A stretch of DNA of 64,000 bases from Thermoanaerobaculia bacterium (GTDB taxonomy: Bacteria > Acidobacteriota > Thermoanaerobaculia > UBA5066), in contig CAWFJJ010000030.1 in assembly GCA_963816185.1 (NCBI GenBank), positions 192,001 to 256,000 of the forward strand, written 5' to 3'. The notes under the pieces were generated by a model. It was given only the letters and a program-made list of their open reading frames with translations, was not told where the DNA came from and did no database searches. Shown here piece after piece: positions 20,939-29,217 of this stretch. Position 1 is the first letter of the stretch. Every line of letters begins with the position of its first letter. Made by a program: the position numbers and the translations under genes.

Positions 20939-21730
20939 TCAGCTAGCGACCCTCTCCTGGATCGGCGTGATCGCGCGGGCTTTCCCCGTTGTCTCGTCCA
21001 CGTCCACGATCGCGCCGCACATGCGGACGTCGCGCGTGGCCGTCTCCATCGAGCGCGGCGTCTGGTAGAGGAATTTCTCGAGGATGGCCTTCGGGTCGAA
21101 GCCGATGATCCCCTCGTACGCGCCCGTCATGCCCGCGTCCCCCTGGTAGGCCGTTCCTTTGGGCAGAAGGCGCGCGTCCGCGGTCGGGACGTGCGTGTGC
21201 GTGCCGATGACGAGCGACGCCCGGCCGTCGAACCACCAGCCGACGGCCTGCTTCTCGGACGTCGCCTCCGCGTGGATGTCGATCACGACGACCTTCATCT
21301 CGGGGCGTTTCGCGCGCATCTCCGCGAGCGCCTGATCGCCTACACGGAACGGGGAGTCCGTGTTCGCCATGAACACCTGCCCCTGCAGGTTCAGAACGCC
21401 CACCGGAATCCCCGACGGAGTGTCCTGGACGGCCCACCCGCGGCCCGGGTTGCCGGGGGGGTAGTTCGCGGGCCGAAGCAGGTTCTCGAGGTCCGAGAGG
21501 AGCGGCACGAATTCCTTCTTATCCCAGATGTGGTTGCCCGACGTGAACACGTCGATCGGGAACTTCGTCATCTCGGCGAAGAGCTCGGCCGTCACGCCGA
21601 AGCCCCCGGCCGCGTTCTCGATGTTCACGATCGTGAAGTCGATGCGCTCCCGCCCGATGACCTTCTCGAGGAGAGTCAGCGCCTTACGTCCGGGCTTCCC
21701 CACCACATCGCCAATGAAGAGAAGTTTCAA
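20939..21730 (-). CDS. ymdB: YmdB/TIGR00282 metallophosphoesterase
   Basis: LFIGDVVGKPG, ENAAGG, SGNHIWD, HAEATSEK, GTHTH; TTG start; downstream of rny. Confidence 0.92.
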   Translation of the reverse strand: MKLLFIGDVVGKPGRKALTLLEKVIGRERIDFTIVNIENAAGGFGVTAELFAEMTKFPIDVFTSGNHIWDKKEFVPLLSDLENLLRPANYPPGNPGRGWAVQDTPSGIPVGVLNLQGQVFMANTDSPFRVGDQALAEMRAKRPEMKVVVIDIHAEATSEKQAVGWWFDGRASLVIGTHTHVPTADARLLPKGTAYQGDAGMTGAYEGIIGFDPKAILEKFLYQTPRSMETATRDVRMCGAIVDVDETTGKARAITPIQERVAS

Positions 21731-21749
21731 GAGAGATTTGCTCCCGACC

Positions 21750-21885
21750 GCACGTGCAGGTGTTGGCGCATTTGGGGAACGGTCTGCAAAGTTTCTTTGA
21801 AGGGGAAATTTCCGCCCACGCGCGCGTGCAGGCGCCGAAGCACCCGGGGAGGGATCTGCAAAGTTTCTTCGAAGGGTGAATGAGC
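21750..21885. repeat. Two degenerate 72-bp tandem units in the rny-ymdB spacer
   Basis: GTGCAGG at 21754 and 21826; TCTGCAAAGTTTCTT at 21783 and 21855; both offsets are 72. Confidence 0.75.
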
Positions 21886-21970
21886 GCGGGACGCACGAGT
21901 CACCGCTGCGGCGCTACGGTTTGGTGCGGCCCCTCTCACCCTTCTAAGAAAATATTCTCTCTGTCTTTCT

Positions 21971-23572
21971 TTATTTAGCAAAATCAACTGCTCTCGTCTC
22001 CCGAATGACCGTTATCTTTATTTGGCCTGGGTATTGGAGCTCGGCCTCGATGCGCTTGGCGAGGTCCTTCGACATCCAGAGGCACTCGTCGTCCGTGACC
22101 TTCTTCGCATCCACGATGACGCGCAGCTCGCGGCCGGCCTGGATCGCGAACGTGCGCTCGACGCCTTTCATGCCTTCCGTCATCTTCTCGAGCTTCTCGA
22201 GGCGCTTGACGTAGGTCTCGAGGATCTCGCGGCGCGCTCCCGGTCGCGCGGCCGAGATCGCGTCGGCGGCGTTCACGAGGACCGCTTCGATCGTGCGCGG
22301 CTCGTAGTCGCCATGGTGGCACTCCATGCCGTGGATGACCGACTCGGTCTCGCCGTACTTCTTGAGGATCTGCCGGCCGAGCTCGAGGTGGGTGCCCTCC
22401 TGCTCGCGGTCGATCGCCTTGCCGATGTCGTGCAGGAGCCCGGCGCGTTTGGCCACCGTGACGTCTGCCCCGAGCTCGCTCGCGAGGTGGCACGCGGCCC
22501 ATCCGACTTCCTTGCTGTGCTGCAGGACGCTCTGGCCGTAGCTCGTGCGGTACTTCAGGCGCCCGAGCAGCTTGACGACCTCCGGGTGGAGGTCGGCGAT
22601 TCCGAACTCGAACGCCGCCGCTTCCCCGGTGGTCTTGACGTCGAGCCAGAGCTCCTCGCGGACCTTCTCGACGACCTCTTCGATGCGGGCCGGGTGGATG
22701 CGCCCGTCCTGGATGAGGCGCTCGAGCGCGCGCCGCGCGACTTCGCGGCGGATCGGGTCGAACGACGAGAGAAGGATGGCTTCGGGCGTGTCGTCGATGA
22801 TGATGTCGACTCCCGTCGCGGCTTCGACGGCCCGGATGTTCCGGCCCTCGCGGCCGATGATGCGGCCCTTCATGTCGTCTGACGGAAGGTCGAGGACCGA
22901 CACGGTCGTCTCGACGACGTGCTCGGACGCCATGCGTTGAATCGTCATCGAAAGGAGGCGCTTCGCCTTCCAGTTCGCGCTCTCGACGGCATCCTCTTCA
23001 ATCCGGCGAACGAGCCCGGTCGCCTCGAGGCGTGCCTCGTTCTCGAGCTCGCGGATGAGGTCCCGTTTGGCTTGGTCGGCGGTCAGACCCGCGATCTTCT
23101 CGAGCTTCTCGCGCTGCTCGAGCACGATCTCCCCGGCCTTCTTCTGCGCTTCGGCCTCGATCTCCTCGATCCGCTTCTCGCGCTTCGTGAGGTTCTGCGC
23201 GCGGTTCTCGGAATCCAGCTCGCGCTTCTCGGCGGCGACGATCTTCTTGTCGAGGGTCTCTTCCTTCAGAAGGAGGCGCTTTTCCTGGTCCAGCAGCTCG
23301 GCCCGCCTCTTGGCGGCCTCCTGCTCGGCGGCCTCGCGGGCCTTGAGCGCCCGCTCCTTCGCGTCGAGCTCGGTCTTCTGGGCGGTGGCCTCGGCGCGCC
23401 GGACGGCGGACTCGGCGGCGAGCTTCGCCTCCTCGAGCTTCTTGCGAGCCTCGAGCTCGGCCTCGGCCTTCGCAATGGAGGCCGTTCCCCGGGTCCTCAG
23501 AGCCCAGATGAGGACGCCGATGGCGAAGACCGCGAGCGCGGCCTCGACGGCGATGACTTGAAATGGGTTCAC
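21971..23572 (-). CDS. rny: Ribonuclease Y
   Basis: N-terminal TM + coiled coil, KH domain (KGRIIGREGRNI), HD domain (LLHDIGK), ADAISAARPGAR. Confidence 0.96.
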   Translation of the reverse strand: MNPFQVIAVEAALAVFAIGVLIWALRTRGTASIAKAEAELEARKKLEEAKLAAESAVRRAEATAQKTELDAKERALKAREAAEQEAAKRRAELLDQEKRLLLKEETLDKKIVAAEKRELDSENRAQNLTKREKRIEEIEAEAQKKAGEIVLEQREKLEKIAGLTADQAKRDLIRELENEARLEATGLVRRIEEDAVESANWKAKRLLSMTIQRMASEHVVETTVSVLDLPSDDMKGRIIGREGRNIRAVEAATGVDIIIDDTPEAILLSSFDPIRREVARRALERLIQDGRIHPARIEEVVEKVREELWLDVKTTGEAAAFEFGIADLHPEVVKLLGRLKYRTSYGQSVLQHSKEVGWAACHLASELGADVTVAKRAGLLHDIGKAIDREQEGTHLELGRQILKKYGETESVIHGMECHHGDYEPRTIEAVLVNAADAISAARPGARREILETYVKRLEKLEKMTEGMKGVERTFAIQAGRELRVIVDAKKVTDDECLWMSKDLAKRIEAELQYPGQIKITVIRETRAVDFAK

Positions 23573-23669
23573 GGGTCGGTCCCCCTCGATCGAACGTTCG
23601 TTCGAGGGTGATCCGGATCGAAGCTAGACGCGATCCCGAAAGCGTCTCCTCGGATGGGCGCGATAAAGG

Positions 23670-23845
23670 CGCCCCACCTCGGCCGTGTGGGGTTTGTCGA
23701 TTGAACCCGTCGTAAGACAGGGGGAGCCCACGGGGCAGACCATTAGTTCCCCCGAAGGGGCGTCACAGGACGGCCCGGATGCGCTGGCTCCACGATTGAA
23801 ATATCGGTTCAAGGACATATCCCATTCACGCACCGCGCAGGGTGC
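23670..23845 (-). ncRNA. ssrS: 6S RNA
   Basis: Located between zapA and rny. Long irregular hairpin: CCCTGCGCGGTGCGTG pairs with CACACGGCCGAGG, TTGAACCG with CGGGTTCAA, GGAGC with GCTCC. Ends approximate. Confidence 0.85.
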
Positions 23846-24185
23846 CGATCGATTCGCTGCCGGCCCTCGCCGGAATGGCCCGGGAAGACGTCTTCAGGAT
23901 CTCGTCGAGTTTTTCGACGAGACGGGTGGCGTGTTTCGCGACCCGCCCCGGATCACCCTCGGAGCCTGACTTGGAACGGTACTGGTAGAACTCGTCGGAG
24001 ATGTTGAGCGCCGTGAGGATGGCGATCTTCGCGGCGTCGACCGTCGGCGCATGCTCGGAGACCTCGCGCATCTTCTGGTCCACGAAGCTCGCGAGCTCCT
24101 TGATGTACGCGGCGTCTCCCGCGGCCCGGACGGAGTACGTCTGACCGAAGATTTCCACCTGCGTGACGGACGGTTTGGGCGCCAT
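23826..24185 (-). CDS. zapA: Cell division protein ZapA
   Basis: VEIFGQTYSV..YIKELASFVDQKM..AILTALNISDE. Confidence 0.9.
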   Translation of the reverse strand: MAPKPSVTQVEIFGQTYSVRAAGDAAYIKELASFVDQKMREVSEHAPTVDAAKIAILTALNISDEFYQYRSKSGSEGDPGRVAKHATRLVEKLDEILKTSSRAIPARAGSESIGTLRGA

Positions 24186-24237
24186 TTTTTTCGTCGCGGC
24201 GTAAGGTTCGCGCCGCGACGAAGGATAGCACGCGGCC

Positions 24238-24540
24238 TCAGGCGCGACGGGCCGGTACGTTCGTCTCTTCGAGCGTTTTCAGGAGGCGCTCGATCCGCGC
24301 TCGGACGGCCGTGCGCTCGGCCTCGTGGCGCGCGAGCGCGGCCACGGCGGCGCCGTTCTTCTCGCTCGCTTCGCGGGCCGACGCCAGCTCGGACTCGAGG
24401 CGCGCATTCTCGCGGGAGAGGCCGTTCATGACGTCCACGAGCGATTCGAGCCGCGACTCGATCGCATCGAGCACGCCCTCGAGGGTCGCGTCTCCCGCCG
24501 ATTCCACCTTGGTTTCGCTCCGGCCCTTCGCTTCCTTCAC
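24238..24540 (-). CDS. ZapB-like coiled-coil protein
   Basis: Coiled-coil heptads, ER..VRARIERLL; lies between pheT and zapA. Confidence 0.65.
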   Translation of the reverse strand: MKEAKGRSETKVESAGDATLEGVLDAIESRLESLVDVMNGLSRENARLESELASAREASEKNGAAVAALARHEAERTAVRARIERLLKTLEETNVPARRA

Positions 24541-24555
24541 GTCGTCCTCCTCACG

Positions 24556-26703
24556 TTACGTTGCCGGCGGCACGCCGTCCACCGCGGCGCCGCTCAGCGC
24601 CAGAAGGCGCCGGGCCGCCGCGTCTCGCCATGCGTTCACGTCCTCGCGGGCGAGAGAACGCAGCGGCGAGCCGAACCGCAGGGTCAACGTCGTCTTCACG
24701 AATCCTTCTCTGACGCCCGGGCCACGGTAGCGTCCTTTCGCCTCCACGGCCACGAGCTCGGCGGGCGCGCCCGCACGCACGGCCTCCTCGAGCGTCTTCC
24801 ACGCGGTCGAGAGCGGATGGGTCACGGTGAGATCCACGTCGCTGCCGGGAAAACGAGGCGGCGGCTCGACGGACGTCTCGGCAGGCGGCAGCACGGCCGC
24901 GAGGACGCCGACGTCGAGGTCGGCGACGACGGGGTCCGTCAGGTCCCAGGAAGCGGCGAGTGAGGGCTCGAGGACGCCGACCCATCCGGCGATCAGGCCC
25001 CCTACGCTCACGTGAGCTGATCTTCCAGCCGCCAGGAACGAAGAGAACGAAAGATCTTCTTTGAAGGTAATAGGGGCACGGGGCTCACCCAAGCCCAGCC
25101 CCCTCATGAGGGCTTCTGCGATTCCCGCCCCTTCGAAGAAATCCGAATTCGCCGTCTCCGTCTGCGACCAGTGGCGGCTTCTTGCGCCGGCGAGGAGGAT
25201 CCCGACTCTCGTTCTCTCGATGACTCTCTCGTCTCCGGGCTTTTCTTCAGCAGAAATCTTCTCTCTCTTCTCCGGATTCCATCCGAAGCTCGTGCCGACC
25301 TCGAAGAGGGCGAGGTCTTTCTGGCCGCGCCGCACGTTGTGCCGCGCGCTCTGCAGGAGCCCGATCACGGGTGTCGCGCGCATCGTCGTGAACGGCTCGC
25401 CGAGAGCGTTCTCGATGAGGACCGGCGGTCCCGGCGCGGCCGATGCGAACGGGGCGTTCTCGGCTTCCGAGACGAACGAGTACGTCGCGCACTCGAGGAG
25501 TCCGAAGCCGGCGAGAAGATCGCGCGCGTGATCCTCGACGAGAGCCGGGGACCGCGCGGGCGCGTACGGACGCGGCAGCGTCTCCGGCAGCCGGTCGTAG
25601 CCCTCGCATCGGATGACCTCCTCGATGAGGTCCTCCTCACCCGCGATGTCGACGCGCCAGGAGGGCACCGTCACGCGCAGCGTCTCGCCTTCCATGACCG
25701 GAGAGAACCCGAGGGCGGAGAGGATCTCCACGCTGCGCGCGGCCGGGATGTCCATTCCGAGGAACGCCGCGAGACGCCCGAGCCGGAGCGTGAGCGTTCG
25801 ACGCGCATGCGGGCTCGCCCGCCGCTCGCGGACGTCGATCGTGCCCCGGCACAGCGTGCCGCCGCAAGCCACGAGAATGAGGCGCGCGGCCCGGTCCAGC
25901 CCGTCGCGCGTCGCCTCGGGATCGGTTCCCCGCTCGAAGAGATGCGACGCATCCGTGTGCAGGCCGAGCGAGCGTGACGTCCTGCGCACCGCGCGCGGGT
26001 CGAAATGCGCCCCCTCGAGGAGGATGCGGGTCGTCTTCTCCGTGATCGCCGTCGCCAGCCCGCCCATGACTCCCGCGAGTGCGACGGGCTTCTCGGCGTC
26101 CGCGATCACGAGGTGCTGGGGGGTGAGCGTTCGCGTGACGCCGTCGAGCGTCACGAGAGTCTCCCCCGCCCGGGCGCGCCGTACGATGATCGTCGGAAAG
26201 CCGTCGACGCTCTTCGCGAGGGTGTCGAGATCGAACGCGTGGAGCGGCTGGCCGATGTCCCAGAGGACGTGGTTCGTCGCGTCCACCGGCGCGGAGATCG
26301 TGCCGGCGCCGATGGCTTGAAGGCGCTTCCGGACGGCGCTCGTCGTCGAGCCCGAGTGGGCTCCCTCGAGGACGCGCGCGGAATACCGCGAGCAGAGCTC
26401 CGGCTCCTCGACGTAAACGCGCGCCCTCATGTCGGCGGTCGTGCCGCTTTCCTGCAAAGGAGGACCGACCTCGGGCTCCGCGAACTTCCGCCCGAGCGCC
26501 AGGGCCGCTTCGCGCGCGAGGCCTCTGTGGCTCATCCCGTCCGGCCGGTTCGCCGTGATCTCGACGTCGTACAGGGTGTCCCCGCCCGACCCTTCGACGC
26601 CCTCGACGATGAACCCCACCGCCGTCAGGCGCTCGCCGAGCGCTTTCGGGTCCGGCGCGGGGCCGGGCAGGTAGGACGCGATCCATTCGTAGGAGAACTT
26701 CAT
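24556..26703 (-). CDS. pheT: Phenylalanyl-tRNA synthetase beta subunit (short form)
   Basis: ATG 26703 MKFSYEW; ITANRPD, GQPLHAFD, LAGVMGG, VPSWRVD, DLIEEV; FDX-ACB-like C-terminus. Confidence 0.93.
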   Translation of the reverse strand: MKFSYEWIASYLPGPAPDPKALGERLTAVGFIVEGVEGSGGDTLYDVEITANRPDGMSHRGLAREAALALGRKFAEPEVGPPLQESGTTADMRARVYVEEPELCSRYSARVLEGAHSGSTTSAVRKRLQAIGAGTISAPVDATNHVLWDIGQPLHAFDLDTLAKSVDGFPTIIVRRARAGETLVTLDGVTRTLTPQHLVIADAEKPVALAGVMGGLATAITEKTTRILLEGAHFDPRAVRRTSRSLGLHTDASHLFERGTDPEATRDGLDRAARLILVACGGTLCRGTIDVRERRASPHARRTLTLRLGRLAAFLGMDIPAARSVEILSALGFSPVMEGETLRVTVPSWRVDIAGEEDLIEEVIRCEGYDRLPETLPRPYAPARSPALVEDHARDLLAGFGLLECATYSFVSEAENAPFASAAPGPPVLIENALGEPFTTMRATPVIGLLQSARHNVRRGQKDLALFEVGTSFGWNPEKREKISAEEKPGDERVIERTRVGILLAGARSRHWSQTETANSDFFEGAGIAEALMRGLGLGEPRAPITFKEDLSFSSFLAAGRSAHVSVGGLIAGWVGVLEPSLAASWDLTDPVVADLDVGVLAAVLPPAETSVEPPPRFPGSDVDLTVTHPLSTAWKTLEEAVRAGAPAELVAVEAKGRYRGPGVREGFVKTTLTLRFGSPLRSLAREDVNAWRDAAARRLLALSGAAVDGVPPAT

Positions 26704-26711
26704 CCGGGGCC

Positions 26712-27809
26712 TCAGGCCCACACACGATCGAGAAAGCGCACGTCGTTCTCGAAGAAGAGACGCAGGTCCGGAACGCCGTAGACGAGGAACGCGACCCGGT
26801 CGATACCCATGCCGAAAGCGAACCCCGAATACTTCTCGGGGTCGATTCCCCCGCTCCTCAGCACGGCGGGATGGACCATCCCCGCGCCCAGGATCTCGAT
26901 CCAGCCGGTGCCCGAGCACGGCCGGCACGCGGCGCCATGGGAGGCGCCCGTTCCTTTGCAGAAAACGCACGAGACGGCCACGTCAACGCCGGGCTCGACG
27001 AACGGAAAGAACGTCGGGCCGAACCGGATCTTCGTTTCGGACGTGAAGAGCAGGCGCGCGAACGCGGCGAGCGTGCCCTTCAGATCGGCGAACGTCACGC
27101 CTTCGTCCACCGTGAGGCCTTCCATCTGGTGGAAAACGGGCGAGTGGCGCGGATCGATGTCGTCCTTCCGGTAGACGCGCCCCGGGATGACGATCCGAAT
27201 CGGCGGCTTCTGTGCGAGCATCGTCCGGATCTGGACCGGCGACGTGTGCGTGCGCAGAAGCAGCCGGTCCCGGCCTTCCCCGCCGTCCTTCACGAAGAAC
27301 GTATCGACGGCGTCGCGCGCCGGATGGTCGGGCGGGAAGTTGAGCGCCCCGAAGTTCAGCCAGTCGGTCTCGACGTCAGGGCCGTGCGCGATCTCGTAGC
27401 CCAGCGACGCGAAGGCGGACTCGATCCGCCGCCTCACGACCGTGAGGGGGTGCAACCGTCCCACGCGTGGAGAGCGCGGCGGGAGCGTCACGTCCACGGC
27501 GAGCGCCCGCTCCTTTTGCCGGCGTTCGATGAGAAGAGAAGATTCTTCGAGTGAAGAGATCGCTCCCTCGACGTCCTTCTTCAACCTGTTGATGGCCGCG
27601 CCGACGGGAGCCTTGTCTTCCTTCGAAAGGGTCCGAAGGCCCTTCAGGAGATCCGTGACGATGCCTTGCTTCTGTCCGAGCCAACGCACGTGCAGAGCGC
27701 GCACATCCGCCGGGAGGAGCCCCCCGGCCGCGGCCTTCCCCTCGGCGGTCTTCAATTCTTCGAAGAAATCTCTTCGTCTTTCTTCGATCGCCTGAAGAAG
27801 GTCCACCAC
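26712..27809 (-). CDS. pheS: Phenylalanyl-tRNA synthetase alpha subunit
   Basis: HPARD, LLRTHTSPVQ, FHQMEG, FPFVEP, GFAFGMGIDR. Confidence 0.96.
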   Translation of the reverse strand: MVDLLQAIEERRRDFFEELKTAEGKAAAGGLLPADVRALHVRWLGQKQGIVTDLLKGLRTLSKEDKAPVGAAINRLKKDVEGAISSLEESSLLIERRQKERALAVDVTLPPRSPRVGRLHPLTVVRRRIESAFASLGYEIAHGPDVETDWLNFGALNFPPDHPARDAVDTFFVKDGGEGRDRLLLRTHTSPVQIRTMLAQKPPIRIVIPGRVYRKDDIDPRHSPVFHQMEGLTVDEGVTFADLKGTLAAFARLLFTSETKIRFGPTFFPFVEPGVDVAVSCVFCKGTGASHGAACRPCSGTGWIEILGAGMVHPAVLRSGGIDPEKYSGFAFGMGIDRVAFLVYGVPDLRLFFENDVRFLDRVWA

Positions 27810-27835
27810 CGCTCGTGCGCTTCGTCCGCGGGCGC

Positions 27836-28234
27836 CTACGCGCCCGCGCTCGCGGGCGCGGCCGCACTCGCCGCGGGCAGCCCCAGAGCAGTCTTCGCTG
27901 ACGCGACGATGTTCGCGAATCCCTTCGGATCCTCGACGGCGATTTCAGCGAGGACCTTGCGGTTCACGTCCGATCCTGCCTTTTTCAGACCCGCCATGAG
28001 CTTGCTGTAGCTGAGGTCGTGCTGGCGTGCGGCCGCGTTGATGCGGACGATCCAGAGCCCGCGGAACTCGCGCTTCTTCTGCTTACGGTCGCGCGTCGCG
28101 TAGACGAGCGACCGCTCGACCTGAAGCTCGGCGATGCGAAAGCAGTTGTGCTTGGTGCCGTAATAACCCTTCGCGAGCTCCAGAACTCGTACCCGGCGAT
28201 TCTTCCTCTTGGGTCCACGCTTGACGCGAGGCAT
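27836..28234 (-). CDS. rplT: 50S ribosomal protein L20
   Basis: [35 protein letters not shown]. Confidence 0.96.
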   Translation of the reverse strand: MPRVKRGPKRKNRRVRVLELAKGYYGTKHNCFRIAELQVERSLVYATRDRKQKKREFRGLWIVRINAAARQHDLSYSKLMAGLKKAGSDVNRKVLAEIAVEDPKGFANIVASAKTALGLPAASAAAPASAGA

Positions 28235-28262
28235 GGTGTCTCTCCTTGTGTTGTGAACTCGT

Positions 28263-28463
28263 TCAGGCGTACGGGAGCATCGACCGGACGTTCTTCGTGT
28301 CCGCCTTCGACACGAGAGTGGCCTTCTTGAGGCCCCGCAGGCGGCTCGCGTTCTTCTTCGTGAGAATGTGGCGCTTCATCGCGTGACCGCGTTTGAACTT
28401 GCCGGTCGCGGTCTTGTGGAACCGCTTCGCCGCGCCGCGGTGCGTCTTCCTCTTGGTGGCCAT
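28263..28463 (-). CDS. rpmI: 50S ribosomal protein L35
   Basis: [16 protein letters not shown]. Confidence 0.95.
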   Translation of the reverse strand: MATKRKTHRGAAKRFHKTATGKFKRGHAMKRHILTKKNASRLRGLKKATLVSKADTKNVRSMLPYA

Positions 28464-28478
28464 GTTCGGGGCTCCTTC

Positions 28479-29030
28479 TCAGTGCTTCTTGATCGGGCCG
28501 AGGATCTGATGCATCCGGTTTCCCATCATCTCGGTGCCGGATTCGGCGTGGGCCCGGCCCTCGAGGTCCTTGATCAGCCGGTCGAGGACTTTCCGCCCGT
28601 TGTCGAGGCGCGACATTTCTCGGCCGCGGAACTGGACCGTGGCCTTGACCTTGTCCCCCTCCGCCAGAAACCGGAGGATGTTCTTCAGCTTGAAGTCGTA
28701 GTCGTGCTCGTCGATGTTCGGCCGGAACTTGATTTCCTTGACCTGGGTGATCTTCTGCTTCTTCTTCGACTCGTGCTCTTTCTTCTTCTTCTCGAACGTG
28801 AACTTGCCGAAGTCCATGATCTTGCAGACCGGGGGATCGGCCTGCTCGGCGATCACGACGACGTCGAGCCCCTCCTCGCGCGCCTTCGCGATGGCCGACG
28901 GCGGATCGACGACGCCGAGCTGGGCGCCGTCCGAGCCGATGAGCCGGACGTGCTGGAAGCGGAGGATGAACTCGTTGATGGGAGAGTTCTTCGTGGGGGG
29001 AACGCGTGGGCCGCCTCTGAAAAATGCCAG
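28479..29030 (-). CDS. infC: Translation initiation factor IF-3 (CTG start)
   Basis: Frame extends past the called GTG through PINEFI..VRLIG..QLGVV to CTG 29030, 8 nt after AGGAGG; PPVCKIMDFGK, KEIKFRP, FRGRE. Confidence 0.92.
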   Translation of the reverse strand: MAFFRGGPRVPPTKNSPINEFILRFQHVRLIGSDGAQLGVVDPPSAIAKAREEGLDVVVIAEQADPPVCKIMDFGKFTFEKKKKEHESKKKQKITQVKEIKFRPNIDEHDYDFKLKNILRFLAEGDKVKATVQFRGREMSRLDNGRKVLDRLIKDLEGRAHAESGTEMMGNRMHQILGPIKKH

Positions 29031-29068
29031 GGTGTCTTCCTCCTACTGTTGCTTAAGAAAGATTGGGG

Positions 29069-29204
29069 TTTCTGTTTCGGACGGTATTCCCCGAACTTCC
29101 GGAGTCAAGGGCGCGCTCTGCGCGCCGCGTAGCGGTCTTCGACCCTTGACACCGGAAGTTCGGGAAAAGATCTTCCGCTATCGGCGGCTGCATCGCAGCC
29201 GCCG
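29069..29204. repeat. Structured palindromic element, copy A (downstream of thrS)
   Basis: Stem of about 22 bp (CCCGAACTTCCGGAGTCAAGGG / CCCTTGACACCGGAAGTTCGGG) enclosing three triloop hairpins, plus an adjacent GGCTGC..GCAGCC hairpin. Confidence 0.85.
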
Positions 29205-29217
29205 CGTATGAGCAACA

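Noticed and set aside
21750-21885. 72-bp periodicity as a mini CRISPR array
   Set aside because: Only two degenerate units, similarity extends across the would-be spacers, and there are no cas genes.
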